From positions 1 through 33,193 of the forward strand of contig JAYPDR010000005.1 of the NCBI GenBank assembly GCA_038125345.1: DNA of 33,193 nt. The letters are read 5' to 3'. The position numbers and the translations under genes were made by a program. Positions within the stretch are counted from its first letter, which is position 1. The number at the start of each line of letters is the position of its first letter. Under the pieces are notes generated by a model that was given only the letters and a program-made list of their open reading frames with translations, was not told the DNA's origin and did no database searches. This document shows, in pieces, positions 16,749 to 26,748 of the stretch. The stretch is from Marinoscillum sp. (lineage in GTDB: Bacteria > Bacteroidota > Bacteroidia > Cytophagales > MED-G16).

Positions 16749-17354
16749 ATGAAAAAAAATATATTCAAAATAAACATACTATTATACTTTCTGCTATCTC
16801 TAGTTATTTTTACATCATGTGAAGATGATGATATAGTACCAGAAGTGGAGAAAGAGGAGGAAGTAATAACTGATGTTAAGCTTATTTTTACTTCAAGTGC
16901 TGGAGTAAAAGTTGAAGCAAGAGCTCAAGATCCAGATGGAGATGGAGTTGAGGAGTTAAAGGTTATTGATGCTATTAATTTATCATCAGGAGAAACCTAC
17001 ATTCTTACATTAAACATTATGAATAATTTGGAAAGTCCAGGAGAAGATATTGGAGATGAAATAGCTGAGGAAGATGATGAGCATCAAATATTCTTTGCAT
17101 GGACTGAGGGTGTATTTTCTAATCCTTCAGGTGACGGAAATATAGATAATGCATCGGACCCAGTTAATTATAATGATGCTGATGGTAATGGAAACCCGTT
17201 GGGACTTAATACATCATGGACCACAGGTGATCCAACAACCGCGGCTTCTTTTACTGTAAGGTTACAACATCAGCCAGATGTTAAAACTAGTACATCTGGA
17301 GCTAATGATGGTGATACAGATTTTGAGTTACAATTTGTATTAAACATTCAATAA
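16749..17354 (+). CDS. Acidic surface lipoprotein associated with TonB receptor (family often annotated 'type 1 periplasmic binding fold superfamily')
   Basis: Lipobox IFTSC followed by acidic EDDD; EEEVIT.V.L.F, DPDGDG, EDDEHQIFF, Y.D.D.NGNPLGL, LQHQP.K, GDTDF. Confidence 0.8.
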   Translation: MKKNIFKINILLYFLLSLVIFTSCEDDDIVPEVEKEEEVITDVKLIFTSSAGVKVEARAQDPDGDGVEELKVIDAINLSSGETYILTLNIMNNLESPGEDIGDEIAEEDDEHQIFFAWTEGVFSNPSGDGNIDNASDPVNYNDADGNGNPLGLNTSWTTGDPTTAASFTVRLQHQPDVKTSTSGANDGDTDFELQFVLNIQ

Positions 17355-17375
17355 TAAAAAGTGTAAAGACTAAAC

Positions 17376-17415
17376 AATTATCAATGTTCCCTTAATTGGG
17401 GACATTGATAATTTT
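17376..17415 (+). terminator. Long stem-loop after lipoprotein gene (terminator or mRNA 3'-stabilising hairpin)
   Basis: AATTATCAATGTTCCC-TTAATT-GGGGACATTGATAATT: 16-bp stem with one G-U pair and only a short U tail. Confidence 0.65.
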
Positions 17416-17485
17416 ATACTTCATCTTGATTACAATATTAATTGAGTTAACTTATTAGAATAATATTAATATTATTAAATAAAAT

Positions 17486-19948
17486 ATGAATAATAACCAT
17501 GGAGCTATTAATAGTATTAGATGTTATGGTTGTAGTATATCTTATGTAAAAAACTTAAAAGTTAAGTTTTGCTTTACATTATTTATGATTTTTATTTTTC
17601 AAAATTATATTTTTTCACAGGAAAATTGCTCTTTTAATTTATCAGGAAAAGTATTAGATATAGAAACTAATGAATCTCTTCCTGGTGTTTTAATTAAAAC
17701 TAATAACTCTCAAAAATTTTTCACATCAGATGAAAATGGAAATTTTACTCTTAAAAATTTATGTTCCGAGAACATCAAAGTTCTTGTATCAAGTATAGGT
17801 TATACTGACTCAACTTTTACTCTTTCTCCTAATAAAACTAACATATATTTATCTAGAGATAATATTGAGTTAAATTCAGTTTTAATATTTCAAGAAAAAG
17901 AGAAAGATAGGGGGACTAAGACAATATCTCAGCAATTTATTAATTTAGATGAAAGAGGATCAAATAATACATTCTCTCTAGCTAGTATAGCTAGTGAAAT
18001 TGATGGTGTATCTTTTATATCATCTGGTTCGAATGTTGAGTTACCTGTAATTCATGGATTATTTGGAAATAGAATATTGGTTTTAAATAATTACTTAAAA
18101 CACGGCTTTCAGAATTGGGGAAAAGATCACGCTCCTGAAATAAACATAGCTTCATTCTCAAACTTAAGGGTAATTAAAGGTGCATCAGGAGTTAGGTTTG
18201 GTCCTGAGGGTCTTGGAGGGGCTATTATTGTAGAAGCTGATCCAATGAAATTAAGTCAACCTTTTTTTCTAAAATTAAATTCAGGATATGAGACTAATGG
18301 CAAAGGAATAAATTTAGGATTTAATCTGGGCCAAGGTCATAAGAATTTAGGTTATACTTTTGGTTATAACAACATCAAGATAGGAGATAGACATGCACCA
18401 GACTATATGTTAACTAACTCTGGAAAAGAAGAGCAGGCTATAAATTTGGGTATTCATTACCATATTAAAAGCTTTGATATAAAACTTTATTATAACTATG
18501 TTCATTTGAACAACGGATTACTTAGGGCATCAATATTTGAAAGTGGAAATGCTATTTCAAGAGCATTTAGTTCTAATGAACCTTTATTCATCAGACCTTT
18601 TTCTTATTCAATTAATGAACCTAATCAATTAGCAACTCACCATTTACTTAAAGCAAATATAAATTGGTGGTATAGTGAAGATGAAAAAATTTCATTGACT
18701 ATTGGTTCTCAAAAAAATGAGAGAAGAGAATATGATGTCCGAAGAAATTCTCACAAACCAATTGTTAATTTAGAGCTATATTCATATGATTATTTATTAG
18801 AGTGGGATCACTCGATTTCAGATAATTTTAGTGGAATATTTGGGCTTCATTACTTTATTCAGAATAATGATAATATTTATGGTACTGGTACAACTCCTTT
18901 AATACCAAATTATAATTCAAATAGATTGAGCTTTTATTTGGTTGAGGGATACAAGATTTTAAATAATTTATTTGAATTTGGGATGAGATATGATATGGAA
19001 AATTATGGTGTTAGGGGAAGAGAAAAGAATCAAGATGTTTTTCGTGATGAAAATGATTTTTCTAATCTTACATTTTCGCTGGGTTATGAGAGAATAGTTT
19101 CGGATAAATTTTCTTTTGAATCTAATATTGGATCAGCATGGAGAACTCCTAATATGGCAGAACTTTACTCTTTTGGCTCTCACGGGTTTAAGACCTCATT
19201 TGGTTTGCTGAGATATTATTTTTCAGAAGATGGTAGAGTAAAAACTGATAAAGTATTGAAGATGGATGGTAATTATTTCTCTTCTGAAAAATCACTGAAA
19301 CTAGTTAATGAGTTAAATTTTAGTACTGAAAAAAGTAAATTAAAAATTACACTTCACTCAAATTATATTTCAAACTATATTTTTGATAAACCTATTGGGT
19401 TATTTCAAACAATTAGAGGTCCAATGCCATATTTTGTTTTTGATCAGACAGATGTTTTATTTTTAGGCTCCGATATAACATATAGAAGAGATGTATCTAA
19501 AAAGCTTAGATCATCTTTTACATTTGGCTATTTATTTACTAAAAATTTTAATAGAGGTGGTAACCTAATTGATCAACCCCCTATAAGAATAAATAATACT
19601 TTTAATTGGACTACTAATAATTTCTGGAAAATAAATTCTTCTGAAATTTCAATAACACCAAGTTATACCTTTAATCAATTTAGGGCTCCTGAAACAATAA
19701 CACCAGATGAACTAATAAATAATTTTGAAACTTTTAATCCTCAATCTGATATTTTTGATTTTAAAGATGCTCCTGAAGGATATTTTCTTATAGATTTTTT
19801 ATGGAAATTTAAAATAAGAGCATTAGATTGTTCATTAGTTGTGAAAAACACCTTGAATAAAAAATACAGAAATTATTTAAATGAGATGAGATATTTCGCT
19901 GATGAACCAGGTAGAAATTTTCTTATTAATTTTTCTTATAAGTTTTAA
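17486..19948 (+). CDS. TonB-dependent receptor (probable metal uptake type)
   Basis: CarboxypepD_reg-like N-terminal domain; plug motifs PVIHGL.GNRIL, QNWGKDHAPEI, VIKGASGVRFG; WRTPNMAELYS.G.H; C-terminal Y..YLN.MRYFADEPGRNF...YKF. Confidence 0.92.
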   Translation: MNNNHGAINSIRCYGCSISYVKNLKVKFCFTLFMIFIFQNYIFSQENCSFNLSGKVLDIETNESLPGVLIKTNNSQKFFTSDENGNFTLKNLCSENIKVLVSSIGYTDSTFTLSPNKTNIYLSRDNIELNSVLIFQEKEKDRGTKTISQQFINLDERGSNNTFSLASIASEIDGVSFISSGSNVELPVIHGLFGNRILVLNNYLKHGFQNWGKDHAPEINIASFSNLRVIKGASGVRFGPEGLGGAIIVEADPMKLSQPFFLKLNSGYETNGKGINLGFNLGQGHKNLGYTFGYNNIKIGDRHAPDYMLTNSGKEEQAINLGIHYHIKSFDIKLYYNYVHLNNGLLRASIFESGNAISRAFSSNEPLFIRPFSYSINEPNQLATHHLLKANINWWYSEDEKISLTIGSQKNERREYDVRRNSHKPIVNLELYSYDYLLEWDHSISDNFSGIFGLHYFIQNNDNIYGTGTTPLIPNYNSNRLSFYLVEGYKILNNLFEFGMRYDMENYGVRGREKNQDVFRDENDFSNLTFSLGYERIVSDKFSFESNIGSAWRTPNMAELYSFGSHGFKTSFGLLRYYFSEDGRVKTDKVLKMDGNYFSSEKSLKLVNELNFSTEKSKLKITLHSNYISNYIFDKPIGLFQTIRGPMPYFVFDQTDVLFLGSDITYRRDVSKKLRSSFTFGYLFTKNFNRGGNLIDQPPIRINNTFNWTTNNFWKINSSEISITPSYTFNQFRAPETITPDELINNFETFNPQSDIFDFKDAPEGYFLIDFLWKFKIRALDCSLVVKNTLNKKYRNYLNEMRYFADEPGRNFLINFSYKF

Positions 19949-19974
19949 ATAAGCTTACTTTTTAAAAAATATTT

Positions 19975-22335
19975 ATGTTTAAAAGACATCTTTTATTTTT
20001 TTTATTAGTATCTAATATTACCTTTTCTCAAGTACAGATAAGTGGATATATTCAAGAAAGTAGTTCTGGAGAAAAATTACCATATTCAAATATTTATTTA
20101 GATGCTTTACAATTAGGTGCAAATGCTAATGAAAATGGTTTTTTCTCATTTAAAGGTCAAGTAACTCCTGGTATGGTTTTAAAGGCAAGTTATGTAGGTT
20201 ATCAGACAAAATCTATTGTTTTAACTGAAGATTTAATTAATAGTCAATTAGTTATTGATCTTATACCTTTAACATCCACCTTAAATGAGGTTGTTATCTC
20301 AACTGAATCTAGCAAGTTTTTACAGTCAAGTTCTGAGATAAGTGCACATAGGATATCTGTACAACAACTAAGTTTGATGCCTTCTATTGGAGAAGTTGAT
20401 ATCTTTAGATCACTACAGTTACTCCCTGGGGTGAGCGCTACTCAAGAAAGTAGTTCAGGTTTATATATTAGAGGTGGTCAACCTCAAGAAAATCTTGTCC
20501 TTCTTGATGGTATCAAGGTATATAATGTAGATCATTTTTTTGGCTTCTTTAGTGCGTTTAATGCAAATGCAATTAAGAGTGTAGATCTATATAAAGGAGC
20601 ATTTCCTTCAAAATATGGGGGAAGACTATCGAGTGTTATTGATCTTACGGGTAAGGTTGGAAGTTTTAACGAGATAAAAGGAAACTTAAATGTAAATTTA
20701 CTAAGTGCCTCTGGCTCAGTTGAAATTCCCTTCCTAAAGAAATTTAGTTTTTTTGCTGCTGGAAGAAGATCGTTTACCGATATACTTCAATCATCTTTTT
20801 TTGATAAGATATATAACCAATTTGATCCTGATGATGACATAGAAAATTTAGATCCATGGGTTCCTAAATTTAATTTCTATGATTTTAATGGTAAGCTATC
20901 TTATAAACCTTCTAGTGATGACCTAATAACTTTTAGTTTTTATAGGGGAGAAGATAATTTAAAAGAATCAAGTGATACCAGAAGGTATCAATATCCAAAC
21001 TTTGGAGATATTGATAAGATAGAAATTCTTGGTGATTTAGATAGAATATCTGAGTGGGGAAATAGAGGTTACTCATTTAAGTGGTCACGTCAGTGGAACA
21101 GAAGGTTTTATAATTCCCTAAATATTTCTTATTCAGAGTATTATAATTATCAAGATGATACATATTTTGTAAAGGCTAGAATTCCAGATTTGGATTCTAC
21201 AATATTTAATCTCAATATAATTCTAGATCAAGATAATACTGTTCAAGACTTTACAGCTAGGTATGATGCAGAAATTTTATCTGGGAAAAATAACAAATTC
21301 GAGTTAGGATTTGAATTAACAAAATCAGATGTTGACTATCTTTTTGTCAGAGATGACACTCTTACCATATTAAAAACAAAACAAAATTCAGATTTATATT
21401 CAGGATATCTTTCATATGACTTGAACTCTGTCAAAAATTTAAATTTAAAAATTGGTATTAGGGGCAACAGATACGAGTTGAATGATAAAAATTATTTTTC
21501 TCCGCGATTTCAGGCAGATTATTCCTTCCTTAAAAATCTAAAAATTAAAGTTGGCTACGGTCATCACTTCCAATTTGTTAAACAGATTATTGGTGAGAAT
21601 GTGACATCTAGATCTAGAGATTTCTGGTTACTTTCTGATGATGTAGATGTTAATGTTGGAGAATCTATTCATTATATTGGTGGCTTAGCATACGAAAATA
21701 ATAAATGGTTATTTGATACAGAGTTTTTTTATAAGGAGATATCAAATCTTACTGAGTTCTCACTAAGATTTCAAAGTACTGGGTTAAATAATTTGTTTTT
21801 CAATGGTAATGGGATAGCTAAAGGATTTGAGACTTTAATTCAAAAAAAGATAAATAACTACACAGGATGGATATCATATACATTTACAGATGCTGAGAAT
21901 ACCTATTCATTATTAAATGATGGTAAAAGTTTTCCTGCTCCTCAAATTCAAAGAAATGAAATTAAAATTTTTAATAATTACGAAACTAATGGCTGGAATT
22001 TTTCTGCCTCCTTCATCTATGGATCTGGCCAGACATTTACAGAGCCATCATATAAGTATAATATATCTCTATTAGATGAATCAAGTTTGACGTTCATTGG
22101 AGTAGGACCTAAGAATGGATCTCTTCTTCCAGATTATCATAGACTTGACGTATCGGTTCATCACGTATTTAACATTAATAAATCAAAGGGTGATATTGGT
22201 TTATCTATATTTAATCTATATAACAGACAAAATGTGTGGTACTATGAATACCAATTTGATTATGTTCCTTACGAGAGACAGGTAAAAAAATATTTAGGAA
22301 TTGTACCTAATCTATCATTTAAATTGAGTTTTTAG
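19975..22335 (+). CDS. TonB-dependent receptor
   Basis: MPSIGEVDIFRSLQLLPGV, GLYIRGG, NLVLLDG..VYNVDH.FGFFS.FN, YGGRLSSV, LPDYHRLD, terminal F. Confidence 0.92.
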   Translation: MFKRHLLFFLLVSNITFSQVQISGYIQESSSGEKLPYSNIYLDALQLGANANENGFFSFKGQVTPGMVLKASYVGYQTKSIVLTEDLINSQLVIDLIPLTSTLNEVVISTESSKFLQSSSEISAHRISVQQLSLMPSIGEVDIFRSLQLLPGVSATQESSSGLYIRGGQPQENLVLLDGIKVYNVDHFFGFFSAFNANAIKSVDLYKGAFPSKYGGRLSSVIDLTGKVGSFNEIKGNLNVNLLSASGSVEIPFLKKFSFFAAGRRSFTDILQSSFFDKIYNQFDPDDDIENLDPWVPKFNFYDFNGKLSYKPSSDDLITFSFYRGEDNLKESSDTRRYQYPNFGDIDKIEILGDLDRISEWGNRGYSFKWSRQWNRRFYNSLNISYSEYYNYQDDTYFVKARIPDLDSTIFNLNIILDQDNTVQDFTARYDAEILSGKNNKFELGFELTKSDVDYLFVRDDTLTILKTKQNSDLYSGYLSYDLNSVKNLNLKIGIRGNRYELNDKNYFSPRFQADYSFLKNLKIKVGYGHHFQFVKQIIGENVTSRSRDFWLLSDDVDVNVGESIHYIGGLAYENNKWLFDTEFFYKEISNLTEFSLRFQSTGLNNLFFNGNGIAKGFETLIQKKINNYTGWISYTFTDAENTYSLLNDGKSFPAPQIQRNEIKIFNNYETNGWNFSASFIYGSGQTFTEPSYKYNISLLDESSLTFIGVGPKNGSLLPDYHRLDVSVHHVFNINKSKGDIGLSIFNLYNRQNVWYYEYQFDYVPYERQVKKYLGIVPNLSFKLSF

Positions 22336-22337
22336 AT

Positions 22338-23159
22338 ATGAAAAAAATACTATTATCTCTTATTATAGTTTTATTTTCTTGTGATGTGGAGACACCGATT
22401 GAAGATAATTTTGTGGTTGAAGCTTTTTTATTTCAGGGAGAGAAAGTTGATGATATTAAAATTAAGAAAACTCAACTCTGGAATTCTTTAGATAGCATTG
22501 ATTCTTACATTTCTGATGCTGAAATTAAACTGTTTGGTGCTGGCGAGGAGTATATTCTTAGTTACAATTCTTCTGATGAAAATTATTTTTCAAATGAAAA
22601 TATAGATATTATTTCTGGAGATATATATGGGTTAGAAGTTAAGGTTGGAGATAGAATAGCAACTTCTGAAACAGTAGTACCAACAAAACCTCTAGGATTA
22701 AGTATATCACATAGTAAAATTGTAGTTCCACCATTGGTTTTATCGCCTGAATTACCTAATAAATTAAGAACTTTATTTGATAAGGCAAGAACAAATATTA
22801 CCTGGGATAATTCTTCTGGTGAGTATCACTATCTAACAATTAAGTATGTTGGGATAAAAGATGATCCAATATTTGATGATGAAATTCCAGGTCAAGTAGG
22901 TGAATTCTTCTCAAACTTTTCAATTCAGTCTGAACCTACAACTGAAGGTAGCTATAATGTAATATGTATGAGTCTAAAAAATTATGGAAGGTATATGGTG
23001 ACACTCTACAAAATAAATCAGGATTATGTTAGCTTATTTGAATCGGAAGTCCAAGATGGTACAGAGCTCAATGAGCCACCATCAAATGTAATAAATGCAT
23101 TCGGAATATTCGCTGCATTTGCAAGTGATTCAACTTTTTTTGAAATTGTCAGAGAATAA
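22338..23159 (+). CDS. DUF4249-like lipoprotein partner of TonB receptor
   Basis: Lipobox LFSC; VVEAFL; C-terminal PPSNVINAFGIF; 2 nt after the receptor gene. Confidence 0.8.
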   Translation: MKKILLSLIIVLFSCDVETPIEDNFVVEAFLFQGEKVDDIKIKKTQLWNSLDSIDSYISDAEIKLFGAGEEYILSYNSSDENYFSNENIDIISGDIYGLEVKVGDRIATSETVVPTKPLGLSISHSKIVVPPLVLSPELPNKLRTLFDKARTNITWDNSSGEYHYLTIKYVGIKDDPIFDDEIPGQVGEFFSNFSIQSEPTTEGSYNVICMSLKNYGRYMVTLYKINQDYVSLFESEVQDGTELNEPPSNVINAFGIFAAFASDSTFFEIVRE

Positions 23160-23534
23160 TTATTTTCTAATCCAGTATGCAACCCAAATAAAAATTCCTT
23201 GAATAGGTAATCTCCATGTTGCAATTTCTTGGGTAGCTCCAATTGCTTTCTGAGCTTCCTCACTCTGGAATAAATAAATATTAGCAGGAAAAACAGCTAT
23301 TAGTAGAAGTATAAGTCCTACTGATCCCCAGTATCTATATTTAGGAAGTAATATCATTACACCAAATAAAATTTCAAACAAACCACTTATATAAACTAAT
23401 TCAAGCTGGTAAGGTAAGTATGGGGGAACTATAGCAAGAAAAAAATCAGGGTCGATAAAATGTTTAATGCCAACTAAGACATAAAATATTGATGATATAA
23501 TTATTAAAATATGCTTAGCTGTTTTAACTTTCAT
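23160..23534 (-). CDS. DoxX-like membrane protein (COG4270 type)
   Basis: GIKHF..P.FF...VPPYLP, LVYISGLFEI, AVFPANIY, RLPIQ. Alternative start 23549. Confidence 0.85.
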   Translation of the reverse strand: MKVKTAKHILIIISSIFYVLVGIKHFIDPDFFLAIVPPYLPYQLELVYISGLFEILFGVMILLPKYRYWGSVGLILLLIAVFPANIYLFQSEEAQKAIGATQEIATWRLPIQGIFIWVAYWIRK

Positions 23535-23552
23535 ATCGTATAGATACATATA

Positions 23553-24296
23553 ATGAAGATAATTTTTTCAGTTTTTTTTATATTTTTTCATATTACCTCC
23601 TTCTCCCAAGACGCCACATCAATTCTTCAAAAGTCTGAGGAAAATCTTAGAGGGATTAAGTCTTCATATACTGAGATGGTTATAACCATAGTAAGACCTA
23701 AATGGGAAAAAGAAATGAAATTAAAGGGATGGTCAATTGGAGAAGATTTATTTTCATCTGTTGTGATATCTCCCCCTAAAGAGAAAGGTACTGTATTTCT
23801 TAAGAGGGAAAAAGAAGTATGGAATTATATTCCTTCTATAGAGAGATCTATAAAACTTCCACCCTCTATGATGATGCAAAATTGGATGGGAACAGATTTT
23901 ACTAATGATGACCTTGTTCAGAGGTCTTCTGTCTCAGATGATTATAATAATAATATTTTAAGAGAAGAAAAAATTGAGGGGTATGATTGTTGGGTAATCC
24001 AATTAATACCAAAAGAAGAGGCAGCAGTAGTTTGGGGAAAATTATTAATGTGGATTGATAAAAATCATTTTATGCAACTCAAAACTGAGTTCTATGATGA
24101 GTATGAGGAGTTAGTCAGTGTTATGAATTCTTCAAAAATTAAAGATTTTGGAAATAAAAAATTACCCTCAGTTTTAGAATATATACCAATGGATAAAGAT
24201 GGAAATAAAACAATAATTGAGAGGTTGGTTTGGAATTTTGATATTGAGATTAATCAGAGATATTTTCTCCCTGGAAATATGAAAAATTTGAGATGA
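23553..24296 (+). CDS. Outer-membrane lipoprotein-sorting protein (LolA-like)
   Basis: Signal peptide; RPKW, P.KEKGT.FLK, WNYIPSIER.IKLPPSMM.Q.WMGTDFTNDDL. Confidence 0.85.
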   Translation: MKIIFSVFFIFFHITSFSQDATSILQKSEENLRGIKSSYTEMVITIVRPKWEKEMKLKGWSIGEDLFSSVVISPPKEKGTVFLKREKEVWNYIPSIERSIKLPPSMMMQNWMGTDFTNDDLVQRSSVSDDYNNNILREEKIEGYDCWVIQLIPKEEAAVVWGKLLMWIDKNHFMQLKTEFYDEYEELVSVMNSSKIKDFGNKKLPSVLEYIPMDKDGNKTIIERLVWNFDIEINQRYFLPGNMKNLR

Positions 24297-25516
24297 TTTT
24301 AAAGATTGCATGGAGAAATATTTATAGGAATAAAAAAAGGAGTTTAATAACGATTACTTCAGTTTTTGCTGCTTTATTTCTTATTATTTCAATGAGATCT
24401 CTTCAATTAGGATTTTATGACTATATTATAAAAACAGTTGTTGAGTCGTATGCTGGATATGTTGAAATTCACGCAGATGGTTTTTGGGACAATCAGAGCC
24501 TAGATAATTCAATGAGTGTTGACGATGAATTAATTAAAGAGATTTCATCCGTTGAAGGAGTAGAGAATATTGTCCAGAGATTACAAACTTTTTCACTCCT
24601 TTCAATGGGAGAGAAAACGAAAGGTGGAATTATAAATGGGGTTGATCTAGAGGAAGAACAAAAAATCACAGATTGGTCAAAAAAAATAGTATCAGGATCA
24701 ATAAAAATTTTGGATAACGAGATAATAATTGGTAAAGGCATAGCTGATTATTTTAATGCTCAACTTAATGATACTATTATTTTATACGGGCAAGGATACA
24801 GAGGAATGATGGCAGCAGGAAAGTATCCAGTGAAAGGAATTATTGATCTAAATAATCCTGATTTAAATAAATTAGCTGTTTTTATGACTATGAATTCTGC
24901 AAGAAATTACGTTTCTTCAGATGAAATTTCAACTCATATAATTATTGATAAGAAGCAGTATTATAATGAAGAAAAAATTGTTGATGAATTGTTAAATACT
25001 ATTTCAGATGATTATGAGGTGATGACATGGAAAGAAACACTTCCAGAGATTGAACAAACTATAGCTGCAGATAGTGCTGGTGGAATAATTATGGCATTTA
25101 TTTTATATGTTATAGTTGGATTTGGCATGTTTGGTACTGTTTTGATGATGACTGAAGAGAGAAAGTATGAGTTTGGTGTTTTGATATCTATAGGAATGAG
25201 CAGATTAAAATTATTTGTTATAATATTTTTGGAGACAGTAATTCTTTCAATGATTGGAGTTTTTCTGGCTGTTCTTTTTACTTATCCCATTAGTTTGTAT
25301 TTTAATATTAACCCAATTGATATGACAATTCTTATGGGGGAAGGTGCAGATAAAGCAATTGAGGACTTAGGTTTTTCCCCTATAGCTCCAATGTCTATCT
25401 CTCCAGGAATACCATTTACGCATGCTATGATCATATTTATTTTTTCACTATTAATATCAATATACCCTGCAGTAAAAATATTAAAATTGAATCCAGTAAA
25501 ATCAATGAAAGAATGA
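24293..25516 (+). CDS. ABC transporter permease, FtsX/MacB (LolC/E-like)
   Basis: KIAWRNIYRNKKRS, large periplasmic domain, ERKYEFGVLISIGM, KLNPVKSM. Confidence 0.9.
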   Translation: MILKIAWRNIYRNKKRSLITITSVFAALFLIISMRSLQLGFYDYIIKTVVESYAGYVEIHADGFWDNQSLDNSMSVDDELIKEISSVEGVENIVQRLQTFSLLSMGEKTKGGIINGVDLEEEQKITDWSKKIVSGSIKILDNEIIIGKGIADYFNAQLNDTIILYGQGYRGMMAAGKYPVKGIIDLNNPDLNKLAVFMTMNSARNYVSSDEISTHIIIDKKQYYNEEKIVDELLNTISDDYEVMTWKETLPEIEQTIAADSAGGIIMAFILYVIVGFGMFGTVLMMTEERKYEFGVLISIGMSRLKLFVIIFLETVILSMIGVFLAVLFTYPISLYFNINPIDMTILMGEGADKAIEDLGFSPIAPMSISPGIPFTHAMIIFIFSLLISIYPAVKILKLNPVKSMKE

Positions 25517-26739
25517 GTGTTTTAACTATAATTAAAATTTCTTGGAGAAATATTTGGAGAAACAAGCTTAGAAGTTCTGTTGTAATTCTATCTGTTGTTT
25601 TTGGTATACTTGGAGGTATTATAATGATAGCAATGGCATATGGATTAAATGAAGAAAGAATGAATAATGCAGTTGAGACATATTTATCTCATCTTCAAAT
25701 CCATAATAAATCATTTGCTGAAGATTTTAATTTAAAACATAGTATAAAAAATCTTGAAAGAATTGAAGATGAATTAAGAAATGATAAGAGAGTAATCTCT
25801 TATTCAAAAAGAATAATCTTGAATGGAATGCTTTCTAACTCAAATGGTTCGTACGGCATACAAGTTAAAGGTGTTGATCCAGATCAAGAGAGAGAAGTAA
25901 CCAATACTTTTTCAAAAGTAATTTCAGGAGATTATTTTAAATCTGATAGAGATAATACAATTCTTGTTGGAAAAAAATTAGCAGAAAGGTTGAATTTAAA
26001 CTTGAAGTCAAAGGTTGTTATAACTTTTCAGGATGAAAATTATGAGCTCACATCTTTATTATATAGAGTTGAAGGTATTTTTAAATCTGGGAATTCACGA
26101 TATGACGAAGTAAATGTATTTGTTAAAAATTCTAGCATTCAAAATAACTTAAATGAATTCTCAGGTTTTCATGAAATTCCAATTTTATTATCAGATATTG
26201 AGTTAAGGAAAGAAGTAAAAACCAAACTCTCTGAATTAGACTCAGATAATTTGGTAGAGACTTGGGATGATATATCAAAAGATTTGGCTTATGCTAATGA
26301 AATGCTTGGAGCGGTACTATATATTTTTATGGTAATAATTTTAGTTGGTTTATCTTTTGGAATAGTAAATACGATGTTAATGGCAATTTTAGAGAGAAAG
26401 AAAGAAATTGGAATGCTTATGTCAATAGGAATGAATAAATATAAAATATTTTTAATGATAAGCTTAGAGACTATATTTTTATCTCTTATTGCATTACCTT
26501 TCGGATTATTCTTATCCTTTTACATAGTTGAATATTACTCAGTAGTTGGTATCGACTTGTCAGTAGTATCTGCTGGATTAGAAAATTTTGGTGTTGGAAC
26601 AAGACTGTATTTTAAAGTGCCAGATGAGCAATACGTTGTAGTTGCTCTTATGGTATTTATTATTGCTTTAATTTCATCTGTATTTCCTTCATTAAGAGCA
26701 TTGAAAATTAATCCTGTTGAAGCTACAAAATCAATTTAA
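25513..26739 (+). CDS. ABC transporter permease, FtsX/MacB (LolC/E-like)
   Basis: SWRNIWRNKLRS, NTMLMAILERKKEIGMLMSIGM, ALKINPVEA. Confidence 0.9.
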   Translation: MSVLTIIKISWRNIWRNKLRSSVVILSVVFGILGGIIMIAMAYGLNEERMNNAVETYLSHLQIHNKSFAEDFNLKHSIKNLERIEDELRNDKRVISYSKRIILNGMLSNSNGSYGIQVKGVDPDQEREVTNTFSKVISGDYFKSDRDNTILVGKKLAERLNLNLKSKVVITFQDENYELTSLLYRVEGIFKSGNSRYDEVNVFVKNSSIQNNLNEFSGFHEIPILLSDIELRKEVKTKLSELDSDNLVETWDDISKDLAYANEMLGAVLYIFMVIILVGLSFGIVNTMLMAILERKKEIGMLMSIGMNKYKIFLMISLETIFLSLIALPFGLFLSFYIVEYYSVVGIDLSVVSAGLENFGVGTRLYFKVPDEQYVVVALMVFIIALISSVFPSLRALKINPVEATKSI

Positions 26740-26748
26740 TATAAAACG

